Under the pieces are notes generated by a model that made no database searches, was not told the DNA's origin, and worked only from the letters and a program-made list of their open reading frames with translations. DNA of 64,000 nt from Callorhinchus milii. Its lineage: Eukaryota. Shown one piece after another: positions 13,554 through 25,814 of the stretch; positions within the stretch are counted from its first letter, which is position 1, and each line of letters starts with the position of its first letter. The DNA lies in assembly GCF_018977255.1 (NCBI RefSeq), contig NW_024704743.1:74650001-74714000 (forward strand), in the 5' to 3' direction. The translations under genes and the position numbers were made by a program.

Positions 13554-14606
13554 ATGTACACAACCAAAGATTCGACTTCCACGGCGGATTACGATTACTA
13601 TCATGGTTTTCTACCAGAGGACATCAGGAGCGACAACACCTTCCAGGCAGTTCTTTACTCATTGGTGTTTGTGTTTGGTCTCCCGGGGAACATCCTTGTT
13701 CTGTGGGTTCTGATACAGTACAAAGGGCTGAAGAGTATGACAGACATCTATCTTCTGAATCTGACGATTTCTGATTTACTTTTTGTTGTGTCGATTCCAT
13801 TCTGGTTGCATTACATGTTACACGAATGGGTGTTTGGGAATGTTTTGTGTAAGGTAATAAATGCTGGTTATCTGATCGGCTTCTACAGTGGAATACTCTT
13901 CATAATGCTCATGAGTATAGAACGCTACCTCGCAATTGTTCACCATGTGTTTGCTTTCAAGGTTAGAAAGGTGAGATACGGCATTATCTCAAGCGCAATA
14001 ATATGGTTTGTAGCTATTTGCGCCTCACTTCCTGAATTGATATTTTACAACATTAAAACAGTTTCAGGAAAAACAGAATGTAGTATTTTCTACCCAAATA
14101 CAACAATATCAACGTGGAAGGTTTTTGGCTTCTTTCAAGTTAATATTTTCGGATTTTTGATTCCTTTTTCTGTAATGACTTTCTGTTATTCCAGAATAAT
14201 TATAACTTTGCTTGGAAACAAAGCGAGCAAAAAGCATCGGGCTGTAAAAATAATATTCACAGTAATGATTGTGTTTTTTGTGTTTTGGATCCCATATAAT
14301 ATTGTACTTTTCCTCAATTCTTTGCTGGAAATGGAAATTTTGAACAAAATTGGAAACGAAGGTAGGCTACAAATGGCACTCCAAATTACACAGTCTTTAG
14401 CCTTCACACACTGCTGTGTGAACCCATTTATATATGCCTTTATGGGTGAAAAGTTTAGAATGTATGTGGGTAGATTCTTTCGCAACTGGTTCTCACCAAT
14501 ACTTGTGTGTATGGGATGGTCCAATGTTCACTTCAACTTTCAAGACAATAATAGCTCTGTTCAGTCGCATTCTTCTGGTAGACATGATTTATCCACAGTT
14601 ATGTAG
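13554..14606 (+). CDS. CCR4: CC chemokine receptor, CCR4-like (class A GPCR, single coding exon, 350 aa)
   Basis: Seven hydrophobic segments; GN in TM1, KSMTDIYLLNLTISDLLF..SIPFW, W.FG..LCK, GFYSGI.F.MLMSIERYLAIVH, FW.PYN, HCCVNPFIYAF.GEKFR. Closest recalled match is CCR4, and GLB1 adjacency agrees; exact orthology (CCR4 vs CCR8/CCR4L) not established. Likely acceptor ctcccag ending 13530. Confidence 0.8.
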   Translation: MYTTKDSTSTADYDYYHGFLPEDIRSDNTFQAVLYSLVFVFGLPGNILVLWVLIQYKGLKSMTDIYLLNLTISDLLFVVSIPFWLHYMLHEWVFGNVLCKVINAGYLIGFYSGILFIMLMSIERYLAIVHHVFAFKVRKVRYGIISSAIIWFVAICASLPELIFYNIKTVSGKTECSIFYPNTTISTWKVFGFFQVNIFGFLIPFSVMTFCYSRIIITLLGNKASKKHRAVKIIFTVMIVFFVFWIPYNIVLFLNSLLEMEILNKIGNEGRLQMALQITQSLAFTHCCVNPFIYAFMGEKFRMYVGRFFRNWFSPILVCMGWSNVHFNFQDNNSSVQSHSSGRHDLSTVM

Positions 14607-14624
14607 ATTTGTCAGCTTTGTGCA

Positions 14625-15045
14625 GTTAGTAATACTCTCGCTTGAGTCCAAAGTTTGTGGTTTCGAGTCTATGTTGCGGTTTGAGCTCACAGTCTTGCTG
14701 ATGCACCCATGCAGTGCTACGAGAGTACTGCATTGAGGGAGGTGCCATCCTTCAGATGAAATGTTAAACTGAGATCCTGTCGACCTGGTCGGGTGGATGT
14801 TAAAGTTCCCATGACATTATTTCAATACAGAAGGGAGTTTCTCCCGGTGTTCTGACCAACAATCCTCTAGATAAAATTGATCATTGACTTCATGACTGCA
14901 TGTGTAATATTGCTGTGTGAAAATTAGTTGCTATGATAACTTACAAATACACAGTCCCTGCAATTTACAGTAAACCATGTGAAGAACTTGGAGATGTTTC
15001 AATGATGTGATAACATGATATATCAAAATGCAAGAATTATTATTT
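14625..15045 (+). mobile_element. Old Deu-type SINE immediately after the CCR4-like stop codon
   Basis: GTACTGCATTG..GGAGGTGCCATCCTTCAGATGA.ATGTTAAACTGAG..CC...GGTGGATGTTAAAGTTCCCATG. Confidence 0.6.
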
Positions 15046-15591
15046 GTGTTTAAGTGAATTTATAATATATGACATGCCTCCCAAAAATGATTGCTGTAAC
15101 ATATGTACATACAAATATTTGTTGCAAATTAAATAATCAAGTTTTCAGTTATGTCACAATATAAACTCGTGATCATTAATACTTGTGTTTGGCCTTTTAT
15201 GCTGTGATATCCTGCAGTTACTTCTACAGATGCTTACCACTGACCTCAAGAATCACTCCAAAGCCATTGATAACGACTGACTGTTGGTTTGGTGTATGAG
15301 ATAGTTTTCACCAGTACCAATATCACATGCTCCTCACCCCATCATCCACATTGTACTGCAACAATGGGACTTGGGCAGACATACAAGTTTTACTGTAATT
15401 ATTCCCCAATTTGATGTAATCTGAAAATTTAACAATGGAGTCTGCAAATGCTGATTATTGATACAAACCCACAAAATTACATTTGTGTAGCGCCTTTCAC
15501 ATCAAGAGGAGGTCCCAACGTTCTGAATGTACACAAGGAACAGGCTTAATACCCCCCTTCCTCCATTTTGATCTCCCTCCCCCAACAATCT

Positions 15592-15900
15592 GGATTCCTG
15601 TAGCTTAGTACTTGCCTCGCAAGCGAGAGACCTGGGTTTGATTCCCGGCAGGGCAAAATGTTGTGCAAGTTTCCTTACTCCACACACCTCTGTTCACCTA
15701 GCAGTAAGTAGGAGTGTGGTTGTTAGTCGATTGGTGGATCGCTTTTCTGGGAGTAATAATTTCTTAAAAAAATAATAATAAATTGGTCACTTCAATCCAC
15801 GACTGTTTGTGGGACACTGTGGTGCACAATTGGCTGCTGCATTTCGCCCACAAAATGTACAGTCAATTCACTTGTATACTCTGTGAGGCGCTTTGAGACA
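15592..15900 (+). mobile_element. tRNA-derived SINE (long subfamily)
   Basis: Carries the extra TCTGTTCACCTAGCAGTAAGTAGG...GATCGCTTTTCTGGG segment that the short copies lack. Confidence 0.8.
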
Positions 15901-16146
15901 ACTTTCAAAAGGGAATTAGATAGGTAACTGAAAAGAAAAAATTTGTAGAGGTATGGGGAAAGAGTGGGGAAGTGTGATTCTTCCAAAGAATCAGCACATG
16001 CACGATGGGCTGAATGACTTCCTTCTGTGCTGCAATATTCTATGATTCTATGAATTCAAAGAATACGATTACAAGATGAAGAAAGCCTTTTAGCCCATTT
16101 GATTTTATTCTTCCACATTATTCCATTAAGCATTCGATTTACCCAC

Positions 16147-17990
16147 AATAACAACAACAACAACAACAAGATTACATTTGTATAGTGCCTTTCATGTCGG
16201 GAGGACATCCCAAGGCGCTGGACAGTGTACAACATTTCAGACCCGAGCTGGGTTGGGGGGGGTAAGGGAGGGGAGGGGAAGGGGAATGGCCGATGGCATG
16301 GTCGAAGAGGAGGGTCTTGAGGCGGGACTTGAAGGAGGCTAAGGAGGGGGCGAGGCGGAGTGACTGGGGGATAGAATTCCAGAGGTTGGGGACAGAGTGG
16401 CTGAAGGCTCTCCCACCAATGGTGGGGCGGGTGGGTCGGGGGACATGGAGCAGGCCAGAGCCGGCTGAGCGGAGGGAACTGGCGGGTTGGTAGGTTGCAG
16501 AGGTAGGGTGGGGCGAGGCCATGGAAGGCTTTGTACGTGAAGACCAGGATCTTGAACTGGATCCTCTGAAGGATAGGGAGCCAGTGGAGTCGGGCGAGAG
16601 TGGGAGAGATGGGGTCACGGATTCTGGTGCGGAAGAGGACATGGGCTGCGGAGTTCTGGATTATCTGCAGCCTGTGGAGGGAGGAGTTGGGAAGGCCGAT
16701 AAGCAGGGCATTTGCATAGTCGAGCCTGGAGGTGATGAAGGCATGAACAAGAGCTTCATTGGCCTGAGGAATGAGGTAGTAGCGGAGTCGGGCGATGTTA
16801 CGGAGGTGAGAGAACAGAGCTGGTCATGGCCTGAATGTGGGGGAGAAAAGACAGTTGAGGGTCAAACAAGACACCGAGGTTCCTGACTGGCTGGTGAGTT
16901 GTAGTGAGCAACCATGGAGGTTGATGTTGCCAGAGCCTGATGTGCTGAGGCGCTGGCACGAGCCAATCAGGAGAGCCTCAGTCTTGTTCACATTCAACTG
17001 TAGTAAGTTTGCCCTCATCCAGGACTTGATGTCCGACAGGCAGTGTGTCAGGACAGCAATGGTCCTGGAGTTGAGGGTGGAGGCAGAAAGATAGAGTTGG
17101 GTGTCATCCGCACACATGTGGAAGTTGACCCCATGTCTGTGGATGATGTCACCAAGGGGGAGCATGTAGATATTAAAGAGGAGAGGGCCAAGGACAGAGC
17201 CCTGGGGGACGCCAGATGTGACAGTGTGGAGGCTGGAGGAGAAACTGTTAGAGGCAACAAAGTGGAGACAGTAAGAGATAGGAATCGAACCAGGCAAGAG
17301 CAGGTCCATGAAGACTGAGTAAAGCGGAGAGGCAGTGTATGAGGATGGAGTGATCGACAGTGTCGAAGGCAGCAGAGAGGTCGAGGAGGACAAGGAGGCA
17401 GAGGGAGCCCTGATGACAGATGTTCAGAAAGTCATTAGTGACTTTGACCAGAGCTGTTTCCGTGCTGTGGGCAGCGCGGAAGTCAGATTGGAGGTGTTCA
17501 GAGAGGGAATGGCGAGAGAGAAAGGAGCGGAGCTGGGACACAACGACTCGTTCCAGGACCTTGGAGAGGAATGGGAGGTTAGAGATGGGGCGGTAGCTGG
17601 AGAGGAGGAATGGATCCAGGGAAGGTTTTTTCAGGATGTGGGTGATGATGGCTGTTTTTAGGGGGTTGGGAACTGAACCGGTGGACAGGGAGAGGTTTGA
17701 TGACATCGGACAGTAGAGGGGCCAGAAGGTGGAGCTGGGAGACGAGGAGAGAGGTGGGGATGGGATCGAGGGAGCAGATGGTGGGTTTGGGGACAGTCGT
17801 GGTGAGGGAGGAGGGAGAGATAGGGTCGAAGGAGTATGGGGGGGGTGGTGGGTGGGGGGGGTTCATGAGGGAGAGGTGATGTGAGGGTAGCTGTGGACAG
17901 GGCTGAGGTGGCTGAACGTATCCCCTCGATTTTAGATTCGAGGAAGTCCAGCATCTCCTCACAGTTGGAGTTTGGGGAGAGGATGAACAA
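16147..17990 (-). mobile_element. L2-clade LINE, ~1.8-kb 3' part, frameshifted
   Basis: YRPISNLPFLSKVLE, HSTETALVKV, GVPQGSVLGPLLF, ADDTQLY; (GTT)n tail at ~16150-16170. Confidence 0.92.
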
Positions 17991-19224
17991 AGTTACCTCA
18001 GTTTAAGGTATAGCCCGTGAAGCATTTCAAGATGTCTCTTTATCTCTTCGCTTTGTTTCAACCATATTCATGCTGCTTTATCAGGTGTAAATCAGTACAG
18101 ATAAAAATGCCTCAACACCTCATGCTCATACTGAAGGTGTGAGGACTATATTCTGAGAAAAGAGCAAAGCAATTGCTGCAATTAGATTATAAGCAGGATA
18201 AGAAATGACAGCAAAATGTCAAGAAGTAGTGGTCTTTGTCATGTTAGGAACCTTTCCCCTCATCCCCCACACCGCACTCCCAAAAAACACATGAGCTGAC
18301 ACTGAGTCTCAGACAGTTATCTGTAACAGATAACATTGAAATGACTCAATTTATAGCAGAGAGAAGCCATTCCCAAAAGTCAAAGCAATCCCCGAAATGA
18401 TCTGTGTGATCTTACAGAACAGTACTTAGAGATACACCCCAAACGCATACACCTGATATTGATAATAATAATAATAATAATAATCCTTCAAGAAAAAACA
18501 ACCAATAACAATTTGGTCACTCAATTCACAACTGTTTGTGGGACACTGCTGTGCCAATTGGCTGCCGCATTTCGCCCACAAACACAAATATACAGTCAAT
18601 TCACTTTACAGTATATTCTGTGAAGCGCTTTGAGACATCTAGAAGAAGTGAAAAGTGCTATATCAAATGCAAGGATTATTATTATTTATGGACTTTGTGG
18701 AGGGGGAGGTAGATGAAAGTTACCGACCATATATTTTTAAAAGCCTGACTGCACATTAACTATAGGCCACACACCAGAAACAGGGGTGAGGGTAGAAGCA
18801 CTTTTTTCAATCAGAGAATTGTTGGCTTTTGAGGCTGGATCAAAGGAATTGAAAGGAAACGGAATAAACATCTCCCCAATGCTGCCCCAGCACTGTATTA
18901 GAGTGTCAGCCTCGACTATATGAGTTTGGAGTGTAATGTGAGGTTTCACCCCGCAACCTTTTGCCGAGAGTACTACCTCCTGAGCCAGGCTGATACATCT
19001 ACACAGTTCTCAGATTGTGTGCATGTAATTTAGTGCTTCAGTGTCTATGTGCAGATTTAAAAGAAACAGAAATCTGTAGATCTCAGCAAATAATTACAGG
19101 TACCGAGACTGAAAATGTTAAGCATGAATACCACAACTTTCACTCGCCAAAATAGTATCATTTAGTAAAAGTGTGATAGGTTTCCAGGCTTGTGAAGAGC
19201 ACACCAGGTACACACTGTACACAT

Positions 19225-19625
19225 GTAAGGTGTCCCAGAGTGCTCATCAGTGGAGTAGCACGAACCTGAGTCAGGGGAAGGGTAGGTGACCGTAGGCACG
19301 GTTGAAGAGGAAGGTCTTCAGGCGTGACCTGAAGATGAGGAAGGAAGGGGCAAGGCAGAGGGATAGAGGAAGAGTGTTCCAGAGTTTTGGGGCGTAGTTG
19401 CTGAAAGCGCGGCCACCAATGATGGAACGGAGGGCACGAGGGATATGCAGGAGGCCGTAGTCAGTTGAGCGGAGGTAATGGGTAGTGGGTTGGGGAGTAA
19501 GCAGGTTGGAAAGGTAGGGATGTGGCCAGGACATGAAGGGATTTGAAAGCAAGTGTGAGGATCTTGAAATCGATCCATTCGACATAGGGAGCCAGTGGAG
19601 CCTGGCTGGAACTGGTCTGATGTGG
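19225..19625 (-). mobile_element. L2 3' fragment
   Basis: IDFKIL.L.FK, GGRAFS..APKLWN.LP, FRSRLKTFLF. Confidence 0.8.
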
Positions 19626-20374
19626 GTACGAAGTTACTGTACACATGTAAAGGGCATGCATATAATGTACCTATGTCTAAAGCTATGCTTTACAGCATTT
19701 TGAGTACAAAGTCAGAAATACATTTTCAAAACAAAGTAACACGTTACAGGACGTTCCAGAGCAATGTTGTTGTGACTTTCTATTAACTAGAGAGTGAACT
19801 TTCAGGCTTTAAACAAACTAGAGCATCAGATTCACTTACGATTTTTAGATGCTTTGTTTAAATGCTCCAAGATGCTATTTCGCATGAAGGGCTTCCGCAT
19901 AAATACAAGTTGTTGTTGATGTTGGTTACCCCATGAATGTTATGAAAGGGGCTGAAAATGCAGTTTGCGATGTGACGGTTATCAGCAGTGATACTGACCC
20001 TGGAAAAAAAAATCTTCCCCCACCCCACGCTCCTCCTTCTCGGCTGCCTTGGAGTCATCTGAAGTCCTTCCTCTCTGGGGTCCTCCCGCAATGATCTATC
20101 CTCCTTGGTCACTCTTCTCCACAGCTCACTCTCCTCCACTCTCAATTCTCTTGCTCCCCTCTCTTCCCAAACCATCTCCTATTCACATAAATCACTTCGG
20201 TACACCAGCCATCTCCGCAGAATTCAAGGCATCTTTCTTCTAGTTGTTTTGGCACCCAATGTACAAAAGAAACAACAACCTGTATTGATATTGCGCCCTT
20301 CACGTGGGGTAGCATCTCAGAGATTGACTAAAGATACTGAGATGATACATGTTGCAGCAATGCTCAGATAATGC

Positions 20375-21697
20375 TTAGAGGACTACACCCCCTGGACAAA
20401 AAAGGGCAGAAGGATAAACCCGGGAACTACAGGCCAGTGGGCCTAACGTCAGAAATGGGAAAACTTCTAGAGACTATAATCCGGGACAAAATAAATTTTC
20501 AGAAAAATATGGGTTAATAAAGAACATCCAACACGGATTTGTTAAAGGCAAATAAATCATGTCTAACAAACCTGATAGTTTTTTTGATGAAGTAACGGAA
20601 AGGGTGATTGAAGGTAGTGCAGTTGATTTAGTTTATATGGATTTTCAAAAGGCGTTTGATTAAGTGCCACATAAGAGACTTACAAGCAGAGAGTGGTGGT
20701 GAATGGTTGTTTTTCTGACTGGCGGGAAGTATACAGTGGTGTCCCCCAGGGGTCAGCATTGGGACCACTGCTGTTTTTGATCTATATAAATGACTTGGAC
20801 TTGGGTATAGGGAGTACAATTTCCAAGTTTGTAGTTGATACTAAGCTAGGAAAAGTAGTAAGCAGTGAGGAGGATAGTAGCAGACTGCAAACGGACATAG
20901 ACAGATTGGTAAAATGAGCAGACACGTGGCAGATGAGGTTTAATGTGGAGAAATGCGAGCTAGACAGTACAAGCTTAAACGGGGTGAAGGAACAGAGAGA
21001 CTTGGGGGTTCATATAACTAAATCTTTGAAGGTGGCAGAACAGGCAGATAAAGCTGTTAAAAATGCATACGGGTTGCTGGACTTTATAAATAGGGGCATA
21101 GAATACAAAAGTCACGAAACTATGATGAACCTTTATAAAACACTGGTTAGGTCTCAGCTCGAGTACTGTGTTCAGTTCTGGGCACCACACTTTAGGAAAG
21201 ATGTCAAGGCAGTGGAGAGGGTGCAAAGGAGATTTACCAGGATGGTAGCAGGAATGAGGGACTTCAGTTATCAGGAGAGGCTAGAGAAGCTAGGATTATT
21301 CTCCTTGGAGCAGAGAAGGTTAAGAGGAGACTTAATAGAAGTTTTCAAAATTATGAGGGGATTTGATAAGTGAACAAGGAGAAACTATTTCCATTGGCGG
21401 GTGGGTCAGTAATCTGAGGACACCGATTTAAAATAGTTGTTAAAAGAAACAGAGGGGAGGTGAGGAGCAATTTTTTCACACAGCAAGTTTTTCGGATCTG
21501 GAATGCATTGCCTGAAAGGGTGATGGAAGCCGATTCAATAACAGCGTTTAAGAGAGAAGTAGATAATTATTTGGGGAGGACAAGTTTGCAGGGCTATGAG
21601 GAAAGAGTGGGAGAGTGAGAATGAATCGGATAGCTCTTTTTAAAGGGCCGTCACAGACACGATAGGGCGAATAGCCTCCTTCTGTGCTCTATGATGT
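20375..21697 (+). mobile_element. CR1-clade LINE, 3' part (RT and 3' UTR)
   Basis: PGNYRPV.LTS, VYMDFQKAFD, SGVPQGS.LGPLLFLIYINDLD, LEYCVQFWAP, LERVQRRFT-like motif, RRLRGDLIE; 3' end GGGCGAATAGCCTCCTTCTGTGCT. Confidence 0.92.
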
Positions 21698-21711
21698 TAT
21701 AATTCATTATA

Positions 21712-22909
21712 TGCATAATGTGATTATTCTAAGATAGCTCAACAGGCCAGTGGGCAATATCACGGAGAATATCTCTCTCTGTCACTAACCTTAAGGAGAC
21801 AAAACAAAAATCTCTCTCTGAACAGAATGTGTTTGCTGAATTAGAATGTTTTTATAGATAAATTGGTCATTTTTGTTGTGCAGTTCCTGGATTTATAGAA
21901 TTACTTAAAACAATACTCCAGAAGTGAGATCATAAAAGAGTCCTTCATATAAGTATTGCCTGATTCCAGATGAGGTTTTCAATAGACAACACTGGTTTAG
22001 TACAAGTCTTTAGAATACACACCAGTAGGTTTGCCTTTTGTTGCTTTCTCTCTCTTTCTATCCCTTTTTCTCTCTTCTGTTTACTGGCAGTTCTCAGTTG
22101 TTATAAAGTCAAGTCTCAATTCTGCTTATAAAGTTATTTATACTCTGTTAGTTATACTGCTCTTGGAACACCTGGCCTTTCAACCTCATGATATAGAATT
22201 TGTGGGTGAAATACAGCAGCCAATTGCACACAGTAGTGTCCCATAAACAGTCATGGATTGGAGTGACCAATTTATTATTGTTTTTTTTTCTTGAGGGATT
22301 ATTATCAGACATGTGGAGTAAGGAAACTTGCCCAAGGTTTTGCACTGCCAGGAATCGAACCCGGGTCTCTCGCTTGCAAGGGGAGTGCTCTAACCACTAA
22401 GCTACAGGACTCCAGCAAGGCACTATAGCAAATGCAAGAAATATTACTATATTATTATAATAGTTTGTGGAGCAGGTACAGGAATGATGGGCTGCTCGAG
22501 CTCTCTCGCCCTATTCATAGTTTGGGATAGCTCACATAGTGCCTGGACACTCAGCTCTACAGAACCCCATACTCTGACCATGTAGCCTCTGTCAGTGGAT
22601 TCTTGAAAATACAAACCTTTCATACATTTTGAGAAATTGTCACACAAGATACCACTACGATGATCGAGGTTCGAATCCCAGCAGAAGGGTGAAATGTTGG
22701 GCAAGTTTCCTTACTCCACATGCTTCTGTTTACCTAGCAATAAGTAGCAACCCAGTTGTTAGTCAATTGGCGGATCGCTTTTCTGGGGGTAATAATTCTT
22801 TCAAAACCAAAAAATGATAAATTGGTCACTTCAATCCACGACTGTTTGTGGGATAATGCTGTGTGCAATTGGCTGCCACGTTTCACCCACAAAAAATACA
22901 GTCAATTCA
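21712..22909 (+). repeat. ~1.2-kb local direct duplication, copy 1
   Basis: Near-identical to 24596-25814; identical ORF-track peptides at 22031/24922 and 22200/25091. Confidence 0.93.
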
Positions 22910-23487
22910 TGACCTGTGTTTTTTCATGACCTGTGTTTTTTACGTAAACAGAATATCTACTCACAGGGGAGAGGTTGCTTTTATAGCAGATCTTATTGTT
23001 TTCACGCACTGTACATTTTTATGACATTTAACCAACCAACATCTGCATGTCGCTTACAGATAACAAAAAGATCAAGGTGGATGCTGAAGATTTGAATTAA
23101 AAATAGACACTAGACATACAAAGCAAGTCAAACAGCAACTGATATAAACTAGGAACGTTTTTTGGGTGAGCTGAGTGTCTGACACATATGGAAACCTATC
23201 ATCATACTTAAGACTCTCCAAACCAATCTGAGAGGTCCAAATATGTGCCACCTACATACAAAAATTACCCTGGTGTCTGGATTAAAATAAATACTCTCTC
23301 ACTGAAGGGACGCACCATACTCACCTAATTTCAGAGAGTATTAAGTGTAGGTTGAATAGAGATAAGGTTTGGAGACTCCAGAGGGGGTGCTAGTGTGTTG
23401 TCAAACTTCAAGTAACTAAAACTGCATTGCTTGCCATTGAAAGAACTGTCCGAAAAGCTTTCCTCTGCTTGTCCAGTGAGGACTACC

Positions 23488-23488
<1 letters not shown>

Positions 23489-23546
<58 letters not shown>

Positions 23547-23824
23547 CCTTGATATAGCGCTTTTCACGTCGGGAGGACGTCCCAAAGCGCTTCACAGAAC
23601 ACACTGTAAAGTGAATTGACTGTATATTTGTGGGCGAACGCGGCAACCAATTGCACACAGCAATGTCCCACAAACAGTCGCAGATTGAAAATGACCAATT
23701 TATTATTGTTTTTGGTTTTGGAGGGATTATTATTAGGCGTGTGAAGTAAGAAAACTTGCCCAAGGTTTCGCCCTGCCTGGAATTGAACTCAGGTCTCTCG
23801 CTTGCAAAGCGAGTGCTCTAACCA
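23489..23824 (-). mobile_element. tRNA-derived SINE with expanded (ATT)n tail (~19 units)
   Basis: Family match; pure AAT run at 23489-23546. Confidence 0.88.
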
Positions 23825-24595
23825 TACCCATTAGGGGTTTGGCTTGCAGGGTTAACAGGAGCAGAGGGGAGGAATCCCTCTCCCCAGTGGATGACCTAAC
23901 CCACCAGGTCCAGCCAAAGAGCCAGGCTGTCTATCTGTCATGAGCAGTGCCCCGGAATACTGCGAACTCACTTGGCTCAGGAACCAGATCGGAGACCATC
24001 AAAGGTGCCTGACATTCCATTCCTAGGCACATCACCAAGACCCTGCTTACCTTTCCCCATAGAGGATAGTAACCAGTTGGTCAAAGTTAGGAACATAGTG
24101 AGGGATAAGATTGGAACAGATCATGAATTTATGTCTAACCCATGCCGGGAATCAAAACTATGATTGAACGTGATTCACACTGTGCACTGTAAACAGTGAA
24201 AAGAACATGCATTTTTATAGGTCCTTATCACATTGAAATGTCTGAAAACTCTTCACAAATAATTACTGCATAGTAATTATAGTCAGGTGTAGTGACTATG
24301 TCGGGACTTTGAATTCACGCAGTCTGAGCTGATACTACAAAACAGTACCAGGGAGTGGGGGAGGAGTTGCATTGTCGCATGCAAGCCTTTGGATGAAGCA
24401 TGAAACCAAGGTATTATATGCCTGTTCAGGTGAAAGATCTCATGGCATATTTCCATTATTATGGCTACTAAAATGTTCCACTTGTTCCTGACCAGTTTAG
24501 CAATACCTTTCACAGCTCCCTAGCTTGCAAGCTGGCAACCTCCTTCCTGTAATGCCCAACAGTCATGGATCCATTTATGGCTTTTCTGCAAATGT

Positions 24596-25814
24596 GCATA
24601 ATGTGATTATTCTAAGTGCAAACGATAGCTCAACAAGCCAGTGGGCAATATCACTGAGATTATCTCTCTCTGTCACTAACCTTAAGGAGACAAAACAAAA
24701 ATCTCTCTCTGAACAGAATGTGTTTGCTGAATTAGAATGTTTTTATAGATAAATTGGTCATTTTTGTTGTGCAGTTCCTGGATTTATAGAATTACTTAAA
24801 ACAATACTCCAGAAGTGAGATCATAAAAGAGTCCTTCATATAAGTATTGCCTGATTCCAGATGAGGTTTTCAATAGACAACACTGGTTTAGTACAAGTCT
24901 TTAGAATACACACCAGTAGGTTTGCCTTTTGTTGCTTTCTCTCTCTTTCTATCCCTTTTTCTCTCTTCTGTTTACTGGCAGTTCTCAGTTGTTATAAAGT
25001 CAAGTCTCAATTCTGCTTATAAAGTTATTTATACTCTGTTAGTTATACTGCTCTTAGAACACCTGGCCTTTCAACCTCATGATATAGAATTTGTGGGTGA
25101 AATACAGCAGCCAATTGCACACAGTAGTGTCCCATAAACAGTCATGGATTGGAGTGACCAATTTATTATTGTTTTTTTTTCTTGAGGGATTATTATCAGA
25201 CATGTGGAGTAAGGAAACTTGCCCAAGGTTTTGCACTGCCAGGAATCGAACCCGGGTCTCTCGCTTGCAAGGGGAGTGCTCTAACCACTAAGCTACAGGA
25301 CTCCAGCGAGGCACTATAGCAAATGCAAGAAATATTACTATATTATTATAATAGTTTGTGGAGCAGGTACAGGAATGATGGGCTGCTCGAGCTCTCTCGC
25401 CCTATTCATAGTTTGGGATAGCTCACATAGTGCCTGGACACTCAGCTCTACAGAACCCCATACTCTGACCATGTAGCCTCTGTCAGTGGGTTCTTGAAAA
25501 TACAAACCTTTCATACATTTTGAGAAATTGTCACACAAGATACCACTACGATGATCGAGGTTCGAATCCCAGCAGAAGGGTGAAATGTTGGGCAAGTTTC
25601 CTTACTCCACATGCTTCTGTTTACCTAGCAATAAGTAGCAACCCAGTTGTTAGTCGATTGGCGGATCGCTTTTCTGGGGGTAATAATTCCTTCAAAACTA
25701 AAAAATTATAAATTGGTCACTTCAATCCATGACTGTTTGTGGGATAATGCTGTGTGCAATTGGCTGCCACGTTTCACCCACAACAACAACAACAACAAAA
25801 AATACAGTCAATTC
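24596..25814 (+). repeat. ~1.2-kb local direct duplication, copy 2 (probable donor)
   Basis: Near-identical to 21712-22909; its terminal SINE continues to its tail (~25899), whereas the SINE in copy 1 is cut. Confidence 0.93.

Noticed and set aside
14186..14524. Antisense and alternate-frame ORFs over the receptor genes and pol
   Set aside because: Shadow ORFs with no recognisable motifs; their repetition in copies A and B only reflects DNA identity.
23331..23763. Poly-Ile/poly-Tyr ORFs and recurrent 'MGKFPYSTRL...' peptides
   Set aside because: Translations of SINE bodies and (ATT)n tails.
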